35,889 bases of DNA from positions 14,269 to 50,157 of the forward strand of contig CAYPXM010000002.1 of NCBI GenBank assembly GCA_964415015.1, in the 5' to 3' direction. This document shows, piece by piece, positions 1 through 7,809 of this stretch. The position numbers were made by a program, and so were the translations under genes. Source of the stretch: an uncultured Muribaculaceae bacterium. Lineage in GTDB: Bacteria; Bacillota_I; Bacilli_A; RF39; UBA660. Each line of letters opens with the position of its first letter. Positions within the stretch are counted from its first letter, which is position 1. The notes beneath the pieces are model-generated. The model did no database searches and was not told the origin of the DNA. It was given only the letters and a program-made list of their open reading frames with translations.

Positions 1-80
1 GCATTTGCTGGTGTTTGTGCTCCTTGATGTTTTATGTAAAAATATTTAATCGGACTTCACAAACCGGGTATGCGCAATGC

Positions 81-2423
81 TTATTTACCAGTCGGATTAA
101 CACTGTCCCAGGCATTGCCGATTTTGATAATTTTAAACCCATCTTCATATGGAATTGATAAGAACAATGTTTGTTTGGTATTATCAACTGTTATTTCACC
201 ACTTAATAAATGATTACTGTCTGTTACTTTTAACATATTAGTTTTTAAATTAGTTATCGCTTTATCAATGTTATCAATATTCATTAATTTAAAATCAAAG
301 GCTTCAATTTTATCCCTTTTTGGATCATAACTAATGCAAATGGTTACTTTATTGCCCTTATTAATTTCTACATATGTACCATTACTTATGTATTGTTTAT
401 CATTTACTAATATATTAGTATATCCTTTATATTTTTCAATGTTATTGGGTACGATTAAATTATGTTTTAACGCTGTAAAATTAATATTTACCACAACATT
501 TTCATTATAATTATCCGCAATTACTTTGCCATTAACCATTTTTCCATTATCAACTATGTAAGTAAGGTCATCATTATTTACTTCTTCATAATAAATATAA
601 TCTTTATCAATCATATCATTTACCATATTGGTAATATTTTGATATGGTAATTCTTTTTTTAGAGATGTCTTTTTTACATCTTCATTAACCATGAATCCAA
701 CACTTAAATTGTTTTGATTTTCATATATTGAGAAACTATTATTATTTTTAATTAAGTTATAATATGTTACATTATGACCAATAATATATTTGATATCTAA
801 TAAACTTATTAATAAAGGATCAAAATAGTTTATAACTGTACTACAATGACTATCTACATCAAATTTTAAATAATATTCTGCAAAATTTACATAGTTTTGA
901 TTTCGAACACTATTAAAGTAATTTACACCATGGTAGTTATAACTTAGACCATCATTATATAAATGACGATTAACTAGTTCAGTTCGATAAAAACTTGAAT
1001 CATCGATGTTTGAAAGACTGCTAGTTAAGGCTTTATCATAAACATTTATACTTTCTATACTACGACCAGTTACATTATTAGCTGTCGTAATAAAGGTATT
1101 AAGGCTTAACTCAATACTTAAAAGGAAAATAATAAATAGATTGAAATTATTATTTAATAATAAAAAGTAACTAAGCAGATATAATATGGTTACTGCTGCC
1201 ATAATCACTAAAAATATTTTACTTTTAATATTTGATAAATCATAATAACGATATCCAAACGAAACAATGAATAATGCTATTGTTGATATAATTACTATCG
1301 GAAAGAAATACTTATCGTATTTAATTGTTTTAATATTAATAAATGAGTCATATGCAAAGTAAATAATCATAAAACTAAAGATGAAGGAATAACGATGATT
1401 CCACCATACTGGGCGTTGAAACAGTTGCCAAGCATAATCAAGACCATTAAAACTAAATGATATGATAAAAAATAATAATAAAACAAATAATGATATTTTA
1501 TAACGTTTAGAGTATTTTTGATTAAATAAAATCATTATAAATAGTACTACACATAATAAACTACTGTAAATTTCTGGGGCACCATTAGCTTGATCTCCAG
1601 CAAAGAAGGAACCGGGACTTAATTTTTGAAAAAAGAAAAAGATATTACTATTAAAACCAAAATAATTGGTAAAATCACTATTAAATCCACTTGCTTTACC
1701 TTGCATTAAACCAAAGAAAGCCGGTACGATAATCACCATTGCTATTAGGCCACTTAGTAGGGAAGAAATAATAAATTCTTTTATTAAGCCCTTACGGTTT
1801 ATTTTATCAATATTGAAATAAGACCAGATAAAGTATAATAAAGAAAAGAAACATACCATATAACCAGTATAAAAATTAAAAATAATACATAATGATAAGG
1901 TTATGATGTATAAAATGATCTGATGTTTTTTAATTAATAGATTTAAACCAAGGATAACTAATGGTAATAAGTATATACTATCTAACCACATAATATTGTA
2001 GTGATAGCTGGTAATAAAACCGGCTAAAGCATATATAATACTAAATAAGAAAGCACTTTTTTCTTTTTTCTTTTCATAATATAATAAGATATACATAAAT
2101 AATCCGGCTAATCCAATTTTAATCATGTACACGATAGTAAATAATAAATCAATATTAAATATATCACTAAATAAAAATAAAAAATTTATGGGGCTTAATA
2201 GGTAATATGTAGCAGTTGCAAAATAATTAAAACCTAATCCTGCTCCAAAACTGTAAAAGCTAAAATCTTTTATACTTAAAAATAAGCCCGTATATTGATA
2301 ATATGAGTCAAATATACGAGGAGTATATTCACCAAAAGGATATATATTTTTTATAAATAAGAATAAACCAATTATTATTAATGGGACACATATGCTTAGT
2401 AAAGCAAAAAGATACTTTTTCAT
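81..2423 (-). CDS. yfhO: YfhO family polytopic membrane protein (cell-envelope glycosylation family); C-terminus appears truncated or replaced
   Basis: 780-aa ORF with GGAGAG RBS 6 nt before the ATG (minus strand). Many hydrophobic helices are followed by a soluble C-terminal domain. It is collinear with the paralogue at 20467..22971 (SIPYEDGFKI vs SIPYDKGYKI) but lacks that paralogue's last ~55 aa, including the terminal TM helix. Confidence 0.8.
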   Translation of the reverse strand: MKKYLFALLSICVPLIIIGLFLFIKNIYPFGEYTPRIFDSYYQYTGLFLSIKDFSFYSFGAGLGFNYFATATYYLLSPINFLFLFSDIFNIDLLFTIVYMIKIGLAGLFMYILLYYEKKKEKSAFLFSIIYALAGFITSYHYNIMWLDSIYLLPLVILGLNLLIKKHQIILYIITLSLCIIFNFYTGYMVCFFSLLYFIWSYFNIDKINRKGLIKEFIISSLLSGLIAMVIIVPAFFGLMQGKASGFNSDFTNYFGFNSNIFFFFQKLSPGSFFAGDQANGAPEIYSSLLCVVLFIMILFNQKYSKRYKISLFVLLLFFIISFSFNGLDYAWQLFQRPVWWNHRYSFIFSFMIIYFAYDSFINIKTIKYDKYFFPIVIISTIALFIVSFGYRYYDLSNIKSKIFLVIMAAVTILYLLSYFLLLNNNFNLFIIFLLSIELSLNTFITTANNVTGRSIESINVYDKALTSSLSNIDDSSFYRTELVNRHLYNDGLSYNYHGVNYFNSVRNQNYVNFAEYYLKFDVDSHCSTVINYFDPLLISLLDIKYIIGHNVTYYNLIKNNNSFSIYENQNNLSVGFMVNEDVKKTSLKKELPYQNITNMVNDMIDKDYIYYEEVNNDDLTYIVDNGKMVNGKVIADNYNENVVVNINFTALKHNLIVPNNIEKYKGYTNILVNDKQYISNGTYVEINKGNKVTICISYDPKRDKIEAFDFKLMNIDNIDKAITNLKTNMLKVTDSNHLLSGEITVDNTKQTLFLSIPYEDGFKIIKIGNAWDSVNPTGK

Positions 2424-2525
2424 TTATTACTCTCCATCTTTATATACAAAATATATCATAATAGGTTTAATAATGTCTATATTTTTAATTATTTACACAA
2501 AAACAAAAAATTATTGAAAAACATA

Positions 2526-2554
2526 TTGCATTTAATTTTTATTTTTGGTAATAT
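2526..2554 (+). promoter_or_regulatory. sigma-A-type promoter of the TasA-like gene
   Basis: TTGCAT (2526-2531), 17-nt spacer, TGgTAATAT extended -10 (2546-2554). It lies downstream of the TTG at 2514, so it argues against the longer ORF start. Confidence 0.45.
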
Positions 2555-2579
2555 TTATATTGTAGAGGAGGTATACAAT

Positions 2580-3164
2580 ATGGAAAAAAGAAACACTGTA
2601 TTTTTAACTATTATTGCTGTTGCAACTTTATTAGTTGCTGTTATTGGAGCTACATTCGCATACTTTAGTGTACAAATCACTGGTAACGATACTGCTACTT
2701 CAACAATTATTAAAACAGCAAACATCAAGATAACTTACAATGCAGGAGATTCAATATCTGGTGAGAACATTGAACCAAATTGGAGCGATGATTTAACTTT
2801 CACTGTTGCAAATGAAGGTGATCGTCAATTAAGCTACTATATTAAATGGAACGATGTAACTAACACTTTTGATGCAGATTATCCAGGTGAGTTAACATAC
2901 ACTGTTGCTTGTCAAGCAGGTTTGACTTGTGGAAAAACTTTAACAAGTACTGAAGCACCAACAGCAGATGGTTATATTGATTATGCTGCTGGAGCTATTA
3001 ATATTGCTGCAGGCGTAACTCATTCATATGTTATTCATATGGCTTTTGCAGAAACTGGTTCTGAACAAAATTATAACCAAGGTAAATCATTTACTGGCGC
3101 TATAAATATTGAATTAGCTGGAACAACTGTTTTCTCAACTGATGAAGTTATTTCTGGTAGTTAG
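2580..3164 (+). CDS. TasA/CalY (camelysin, M73-like fold) secreted fibre-type protein with SipW-dependent-type signal peptide
   Basis: ATG at 2580 follows a strong GAGGAGG RBS. The N-terminus MEKRNTVFLTIIAVATLLVAVIGATFAYFS matches the Bacillus CalY/TasA signal (GGTFAYFSD). The mature part has the TasA-like pattern (L.I.Y..G..I.GE.I.P ... N.G ... QG.SF.G.I). The product is 194 aa and Ala/Thr/Gly-rich, and the gene has its own promoter and strong terminator. Confidence 0.75.
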   Translation: MEKRNTVFLTIIAVATLLVAVIGATFAYFSVQITGNDTATSTIIKTANIKITYNAGDSISGENIEPNWSDDLTFTVANEGDRQLSYYIKWNDVTNTFDADYPGELTYTVACQAGLTCGKTLTSTEAPTADGYIDYAAGAINIAAGVTHSYVIHMAFAETGSEQNYNQGKSFTGAINIELAGTTVFSTDEVISGS

Positions 3165-3195
3165 TGTTTTGACCAATTGATAACCAATCAACTTT

Positions 3196-3220
3196 AAAAA
3201 CCGTTTTTGACGGTTTTTTT
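3196..3220 (+). terminator. rho-independent terminator
   Basis: AAAAACCGT / ACGGTTTTT stem with a 5-nt loop, followed by a T-run. Confidence 0.7.
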
Positions 3221-3223
3221 GTG

Positions 3224-3251
3224 TTGCATAATCTTTGGTCTATGATATAAT
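3224..3251 (+). promoter_or_regulatory. sigma-A-type promoter
   Basis: TTGCAT (3224-3229), 16-nt spacer, TGaTATAAT extended -10 (3243-3251). Confidence 0.45.
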
Positions 3252-3276
3252 GAATATAGTAGTTTTGAGGTAGCCT

Positions 3277-4047
3277 ATGAAGAATAATGAGGAACAAATA
3301 AATAATAATATAGTCGAAAAAAAAGATAAAAAACATCATCAAGGATGGTTATTCCTTTTGTTTGCATTATGTTTTTTATTTGTTAGTTTTACCTCAACTT
3401 TTTCTTTCTTTCGGTTAAAAGAAGTTATTAAAAAAACCGAACCGGTTATTGATATTGATCCTGTTAGCAGTGAAAATCCTTCAAGTAGTACTAAAAAACC
3501 AGATGTATCATCAGTGATACCACCTAAAATTTCTAGTTCAACTACACCAGGTGATTCTAGTATAATACCGATTATTTCTAGTAGTGAATCTGGTAGTAGT
3601 GAAACCAGTAGTTCAAGTAGTACAATACCTGAAGAACCTGATATTCCGGATGATGGAACTACTAAAATATTAAAAGTAGTATATATGGCTGGTAGTGAAA
3701 TAGAGTCTGTAGGGGATGTATTACCAGGATGGACTAGTGGAGAAAAAATAATTAAAATAACTAATATGAGTGATGTCTTATTAAAATATAATGTAATGTG
3801 GACTAATGTTACTAATACTTTTAATCGAAAAAGCGATTTAACATATCATATCAGAGTCGGAAATAGTGAATTATCAACTGGCGTGTTACCTAGTCGAAAA
3901 TCTGCATTAATGAATAATGTTTCCATTGCTAGTGGAGAAACTCATACTATTAAAATTTTTATAAAATATGCTAATTTAAATTTAGATCAAAGCGTTGATA
4001 TGGGAAAATTATTTGCAGGGACTGTTCTAATTGAAAATGTCGAATAA
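3277..4047 (+). CDS. membrane-anchored/secreted protein: signal-anchor, Ser/Thr/Pro-rich stalk, TasA-like C-terminal domain (TapA-like position)
   Basis: GAGG RBS. A TM segment ends in TSTFSFF, resembling the ATFAYFS motif. Residues ~62-127 are S/T/P low-complexity. The C-terminal domain is paralogous to 2580..3164 (WTNVTNTF vs WNDVTNTF; GETHTIKIF vs GVTHSYVIH; GKLFAGTV vs GKSFTGAI). Confidence 0.65.
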   Translation: MKNNEEQINNNIVEKKDKKHHQGWLFLLFALCFLFVSFTSTFSFFRLKEVIKKTEPVIDIDPVSSENPSSSTKKPDVSSVIPPKISSSTTPGDSSIIPIISSSESGSSETSSSSSTIPEEPDIPDDGTTKILKVVYMAGSEIESVGDVLPGWTSGEKIIKITNMSDVLLKYNVMWTNVTNTFNRKSDLTYHIRVGNSELSTGVLPSRKSALMNNVSIASGETHTIKIFIKYANLNLDQSVDMGKLFAGTVLIENVE

Positions 4048-4052
4048 TATGT

Positions 4053-4080
4053 AAACAAGCATTTTAATGCTTGTTTTTTA
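4053..4080 (+). terminator. rho-independent terminator
   Basis: AAACAAGCAT / ATGCTTGTTT 10-bp stem, TTTA loop, T-run. Confidence 0.75.
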
Positions 4081-4129
4081 TTGTTTTGGGATAAAATAAA
4101 TAATATAATAATAATGATAGGTGAATGTG

Positions 4130-4876
4130 ATGACAAAGAATAAAAAGGAAAAATATACTTCTAAAGTATCTGTTTTTGAATTCATAAAAGGGGTTTTAAC
4201 CTGGACTCTTTTTAGTTTTCTTTTAATTATTGCATTATTACTTGTATATTATGTTTTTGCTAATTATCGATATTCTAAAAAAGGCGAAGGATTTGAACCG
4301 GCATTTTCTTTATTCACCATAATAAGTCCATCCATGGAACCAAATGTCAATGTGTATGATGTAATTGTTGATTTACCAGTAAAAGATGCTAGTACAATAA
4401 AAGTAGGAGATATAATTACTTTTATATCTAATTCTAGTGTTTCCGAAGGAATGACTGTTACTCACCGTGTCACACAAATTAATGTTGTTAATGGCGAGTA
4501 TGAATTTAATACAAAAGGTGATAATAATGAAACAGAGGATACTGGTCGAGTTCATGAAAAAGATATTATAGGCCGGGTTAAACTACGAATTCCTCAATTA
4601 GGACGATTACAATATTTTTTAGCTAGCCGTGGCGGTTGGTTATTAGTAATCCTAATTCCGGCAGTTGTTATTTTAATTATGGATATTATAAAACTGGTTA
4701 GAATGTTTAAAGTTAAGAAAAAAGTTGATGCTATTAATGGTGAAGATAAAGATGTATCTATTGAAACTAAAGAAAAATTATTAACTAAAAAACAAGAACT
4801 AATGAGTAAATATCAAAAAGATGAGTTACCAAAAGATTTAGACGATATAGAAATGGAATTACCAAAATTAAAATAG
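4130..4876 (+). CDS. sipW: signal peptidase I, archaeal/ER type (S26B, SipW-like)
   Basis: N-terminal TM, then SPSMEP (catalytic Ser box), GDIITF, THRV (His box), TKGDNN, IIGRV and IPQLG, plus a C-terminal TM helix, as in Bacillus SipW. The ATG at 4130 is 5 nt after the AGGTGA RBS. The GTG starts at 4121 and 4127 are alternatives. Confidence 0.85.
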   Translation: MTKNKKEKYTSKVSVFEFIKGVLTWTLFSFLLIIALLLVYYVFANYRYSKKGEGFEPAFSLFTIISPSMEPNVNVYDVIVDLPVKDASTIKVGDIITFISNSSVSEGMTVTHRVTQINVVNGEYEFNTKGDNNETEDTGRVHEKDIIGRVKLRIPQLGRLQYFLASRGGWLLVILIPAVVILIMDIIKLVRMFKVKKKVDAINGEDKDVSIETKEKLLTKKQELMSKYQKDELPKDLDDIEMELPKLK

Positions 4877-4881
4877 GTTAA

Positions 4882-4911
4882 TTTACAAAGATAAGTTAAA
4901 TATGGTAAAAT
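4882..4911 (+). promoter_or_regulatory. sigma-A-type promoter
   Basis: TTTACA (4882-4887), 18-nt spacer, TGgTAAAAT extended -10 (4903-4911). It overlaps the ATG at 4910, which favours the start at 4931. Confidence 0.4.
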
Positions 4912-4930
4912 GATAATACTAGGAGGTTAT

Positions 4931-6280
4931 ATGTTAATAAATCAAATAATAAAAAAACAAATTATTATTTTTTCCTTAATTATTGTTATTGCGTTAGCCT
5001 CAATAGCTAGTGTTTCATATGCCATTTTTTATACTGTTACTAGTAACACTGATAATCAAGTAATCCAAACGGGGAATTTAGATGTTACTTTTGGTGCTGG
5101 TGGATCGACCATAAGTGGTGAAATATTACCAATGACGGATGCTCAAGGATTAGCCCAAACTGGTTACGGTATTACTTTAGCAAATCAGATATCTAGTCCA
5201 ATTAAATATTCGGTAACAATTTATAATAATGCCCCTAATAATTTTTCGGGAACTATAGTGAGTCATGAATATATAAAAATATCAATTGATGGAAATACAC
5301 CAATAAAATTAAATCAATTACCTAATCAAAATGGGGGAGTTACAGAGAATACTACAATATATGATTTATATAGTGATGCTTTAGCTGTTAGTGGTAGTAC
5401 TAACCACACCGTTCGAGTTTGGTTAGATGATAATACTCCATATAGTGAAGCTGGTAAATATGTTTATTTACAAATAAAAGTAACAAGTGAAATGGCAGAT
5501 AAGAATTTTAGTGAATATATTAAGGCTAAAAATAGTATTATTGCTACTGCTCCTACATTAACTAATACAAGTAGTAGTACAAATCAAAATGGTTTATACG
5601 AAGTAACCGCAACTAATTCGGGTAATGCAACATATGTATTTAGAGGCAATGTAAATAATAATTATGTAACATTTGCAGGCCTTTCTTGGAGAATAGTAAG
5701 AATTAATGAAGATAATTCAGTTCGTATTGTTTTAGCAAATGGAATTAATTCTAATACTTTATATCGTTTTAGTAGTAGCGCAAGTAGTGCTAATAATATG
5801 GTTTATAATAATGCTTCGGCGGAAATTAACAGTGTTGTCACTAGTTGGTATAATACAACCTTATTTGGATATACCTCTAAACTAAGTGAACAAGAATATT
5901 GTGTTGGAATTAAAGCTAGTATTAGCGGTGCTTCAACAGGAACAATATATAGTTCTTATAGTCCTAACTTTACTTGTTCGGGTAGTGATGTAATGAGTAG
6001 TAAAATTGCATTATTAACATATGATGATATTATTTATGCTGGTTCATATTATAACTTAAGCAATACGAGTTATCTAAATGCTACTAACCCAACTTGGACA
6101 ATGTCACCAGCGGGATTTGTAAGTAATGTTGCTTATGATTGGATTTTAAGTGCTAATGGTAGTATTTCATATACTGCTACTAATAGTAGTGTTAATACTA
6201 TACGACCAGTAATAAATTTAAAAGCTAACACTTTTGCTCATGGTGAAGGTACTAGTACAAACCCATATATTATTGAATAA
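4931..6280 (+). CDS. secreted two-domain surface protein: SipW-type signal + TasA-like N-domain + DUF6273-like C-terminal domain
   Basis: AGGAGG RBS (4921-4926). The signal-anchor ends in SVSYAIFY. The N-domain has GNLDVTFGAGGSTISGEILP. The C-domain (from ~5590) has YVTFAGLSWRIVRINEDNSVRIVL, WYNTTL, LSEQEYC, IALLTYDDI, WTMSP and TIRPVINL, the pattern I associate with DUF6273. Confidence 0.7.
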   Translation: MLINQIIKKQIIIFSLIIVIALASIASVSYAIFYTVTSNTDNQVIQTGNLDVTFGAGGSTISGEILPMTDAQGLAQTGYGITLANQISSPIKYSVTIYNNAPNNFSGTIVSHEYIKISIDGNTPIKLNQLPNQNGGVTENTTIYDLYSDALAVSGSTNHTVRVWLDDNTPYSEAGKYVYLQIKVTSEMADKNFSEYIKAKNSIIATAPTLTNTSSSTNQNGLYEVTATNSGNATYVFRGNVNNNYVTFAGLSWRIVRINEDNSVRIVLANGINSNTLYRFSSSASSANNMVYNNASAEINSVVTSWYNTTLFGYTSKLSEQEYCVGIKASISGASTGTIYSSYSPNFTCSGSDVMSSKIALLTYDDIIYAGSYYNLSNTSYLNATNPTWTMSPAGFVSNVAYDWILSANGSISYTATNSSVNTIRPVINLKANTFAHGEGTSTNPYIIE

Positions 6281-6303
6281 AAAAACCACATTAGTGGTTT
6301 TTA
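6279..6303. terminator. bidirectional rho-independent terminator between convergent genes
   Basis: AAAAAAACCAC-ATTA-GTGGTTTTT hairpin with A-run and T-run flanks. The stop codon of the minus-strand permease lies in the loop. An identical 24-mer is found at 22956..22979. Confidence 0.7.
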
Positions 6304-7088
6304 ATTGCGATTTTTTCTATTTTTGAGATAACTCCATATAATAATCCGGATATAACAATTAACAATAATATACAAGCCATTACGATATTTAAATTAAATA
6401 CTTGAGTACCATAAATAATTAAGTATCCTAAGCCTTTTTTACTTACTAAGAATTCACCCATTATAACCCCAATTAGGGTCATACTTATATTTATTTTTAA
6501 AGATGATATTATCGTTTTCAATGATTCCATAAAAACTAAATTTTTAAATATTTGCCGTTTATTAGCTCCAAATGTTTTTAATAAGAATATTTTATCATTA
6601 TCAGTATGTAAAAAACCATTATATATTGTTAAAATGCTAATGATTAAGTTTATTAGTAAGGCCATGGTAATAATTGATTTCGTACTTGCTCCTACCCAAA
6701 TAATAATGATTGGTCCTAAGGCAATTTTAGGTAGAGAATTAATTATTGTTAAGAAGGGTTCAATTATTTTGGCAAGGCGGGGAATAAAATACATTATAGT
6801 AGCAATAATAAGCCCAAAGATTATTCCGATACTAAATGCAATAATCGTTTCAAAAAGAGTAGTAAAAATATGGCTAATTAAGTGATATTTAAGAAATAAA
6901 GTTTTAATCGTTTTTACAATATTACTAGGTGAAGAGAAGATAAACGGATTAATTATTTCTTTGCGACTTAAATATTCCCATAAAAACATTACTAATAAAA
7001 CAATACTTATTTGGGCAAAAAGAATTAGACATTTTTCGATTCTCCCTTTTTTTAAGTAAATCTTATGTTCATCAGATAACATGGTCAA
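6291..7088 (-). CDS. ABC transporter permease (NitT/TauT nitrate/sulfonate/taurine-type family)
   Basis: 265 aa with ~6 TM helices and an EAA-like loop region (LFLLKTFGANKRQIFKNLVF). It overlaps the upstream ATPase gene by 17 nt within the operon. Confidence 0.8.
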   Translation of the reverse strand: MTMLSDEHKIYLKKGRIEKCLILFAQISIVLLVMFLWEYLSRKEIINPFIFSSPSNIVKTIKTLFLKYHLISHIFTTLFETIIAFSIGIIFGLIIATIMYFIPRLAKIIEPFLTIINSLPKIALGPIIIIWVGASTKSIITMALLINLIISILTIYNGFLHTDNDKIFLLKTFGANKRQIFKNLVFMESLKTIISSLKINISMTLIGVIMGEFLVSKKGLGYLIIYGTQVFNLNIVMACILLLIVISGLLYGVISKIEKIAIKNH

Positions 7089-7809
7089 TTTCCTCCCATA
7101 TCATATCGTAATATTGTTTAAACAATGGACTATTACGAAATTCACTCGGATAAATTGTGTCTTTATTAATCATTATTTCTTTTTTTATTTCGGCTGGTCT
7201 TTTTGTAAGAATAATTACCCGATCAGCAAAGGTTATGGCTTCGGCTATATCATGAGTAACAATAATCGCACTTTTATGATTATTTTTGATTTCCTGGTGA
7301 ACATCATCACTTATCGTTAAACGAGTTTGATAATCAAGGGCACTGAATGGTTCATCTAAAAGATAAATATCGGGTTCTATTAACATGGTTCTAATAAGGG
7401 CTAAGCGTTGTTTCATTCCTCCCGATAAACTTGCAGGATACTTATCTTTAAAACTAAATAAATCATATTTATTTAGTAAATTATCTAAGATGTCATTATT
7501 AATGGTTTTTTGTTTAATTTTTAATCCAATTAACGCATTTTCTTTAACGGTTAACCATGGAAATAGACAATCATTTTGTAACATGTATCCACAATTAATA
7601 TTATCATGCTTTATGATGTCTCCAGAACTTGGTGGAGTAATTCCTGCAATAATGGATAATAAACTTGATTTACCACAGCCACTTGAACCTACGATGGCAA
7701 TTATCTCTCCCTTATTTACTTCAAAACTGACATTATTAATAGCGATAATCTCACCTTTTTTAGTATGATAATTTTTTTTAATTTGATCTAATCTAATTAA
7801 ATAGTTCAT
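7072..7809 (-). CDS. ABC transporter ATP-binding protein (NitT/TauT family)
   Basis: Walker A GSSGCGKSS, signature LSGGMKQR, Walker B IYLLDEPFSALD, H-loop IVTHD. ATGA overlap with the upstream SBP gene. Confidence 0.9.
   Translation of the reverse strand: MNYLIRLDQIKKNYHTKKGEIIAINNVSFEVNKGEIIAIVGSSGCGKSSLLSIIAGITPPSSGDIIKHDNINCGYMLQNDCLFPWLTVKENALIGLKIKQKTINNDILDNLLNKYDLFSFKDKYPASLSGGMKQRLALIRTMLIEPDIYLLDEPFSALDYQTRLTISDDVHQEIKNNHKSAIIVTHDIAEAITFADRVIILTKRPAEIKKEIMINKDTIYPSEFRNSPLFKQYYDMIWEEIDHVI

Noticed and set aside
1-27. Possible 3' end of a plus-strand gene (frame 1 reads AFAGVCAP then TGA at 25-27).
   Set aside because: Only eight codons are visible, which is too little to support a feature. 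It is noted as an alternative explanation for part of the GC-richer edge segment.
2514-2579. Longer N-terminal extensions proposed by the ORF track (2514, 4121, 4910, 8881, 17395, 24072).
   Set aside because: In each case a canonical RBS precedes a downstream in-frame ATG (2580, 4130, 4931, 8914, 17413, 24126). The extension overlaps the predicted -10/-35 boxes or starts with TTG/GTG without an RBS. The extra residues would also bury the signal peptides.
3148-3342. 64-aa minus-strand ORF from the track.
   Set aside because: It spans the terminator hairpin (3196-3220), the promoter and the start of the plus-strand gene. It has no RBS, and its composition is an AT-rich antisense artefact.
4373-7768. 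Antisense ORFs inside sipW and the ABC transporter genes (4373..4555 -, 6634..6885 +, 7081..7320 +, 7385..7768 +).
   Set aside because: Each lies entirely within a well-supported gene on the opposite strand. None has an RBS, and their Ile/Phe/Leu/Asn-rich translations are typical of shadow frames in AT-rich DNA.
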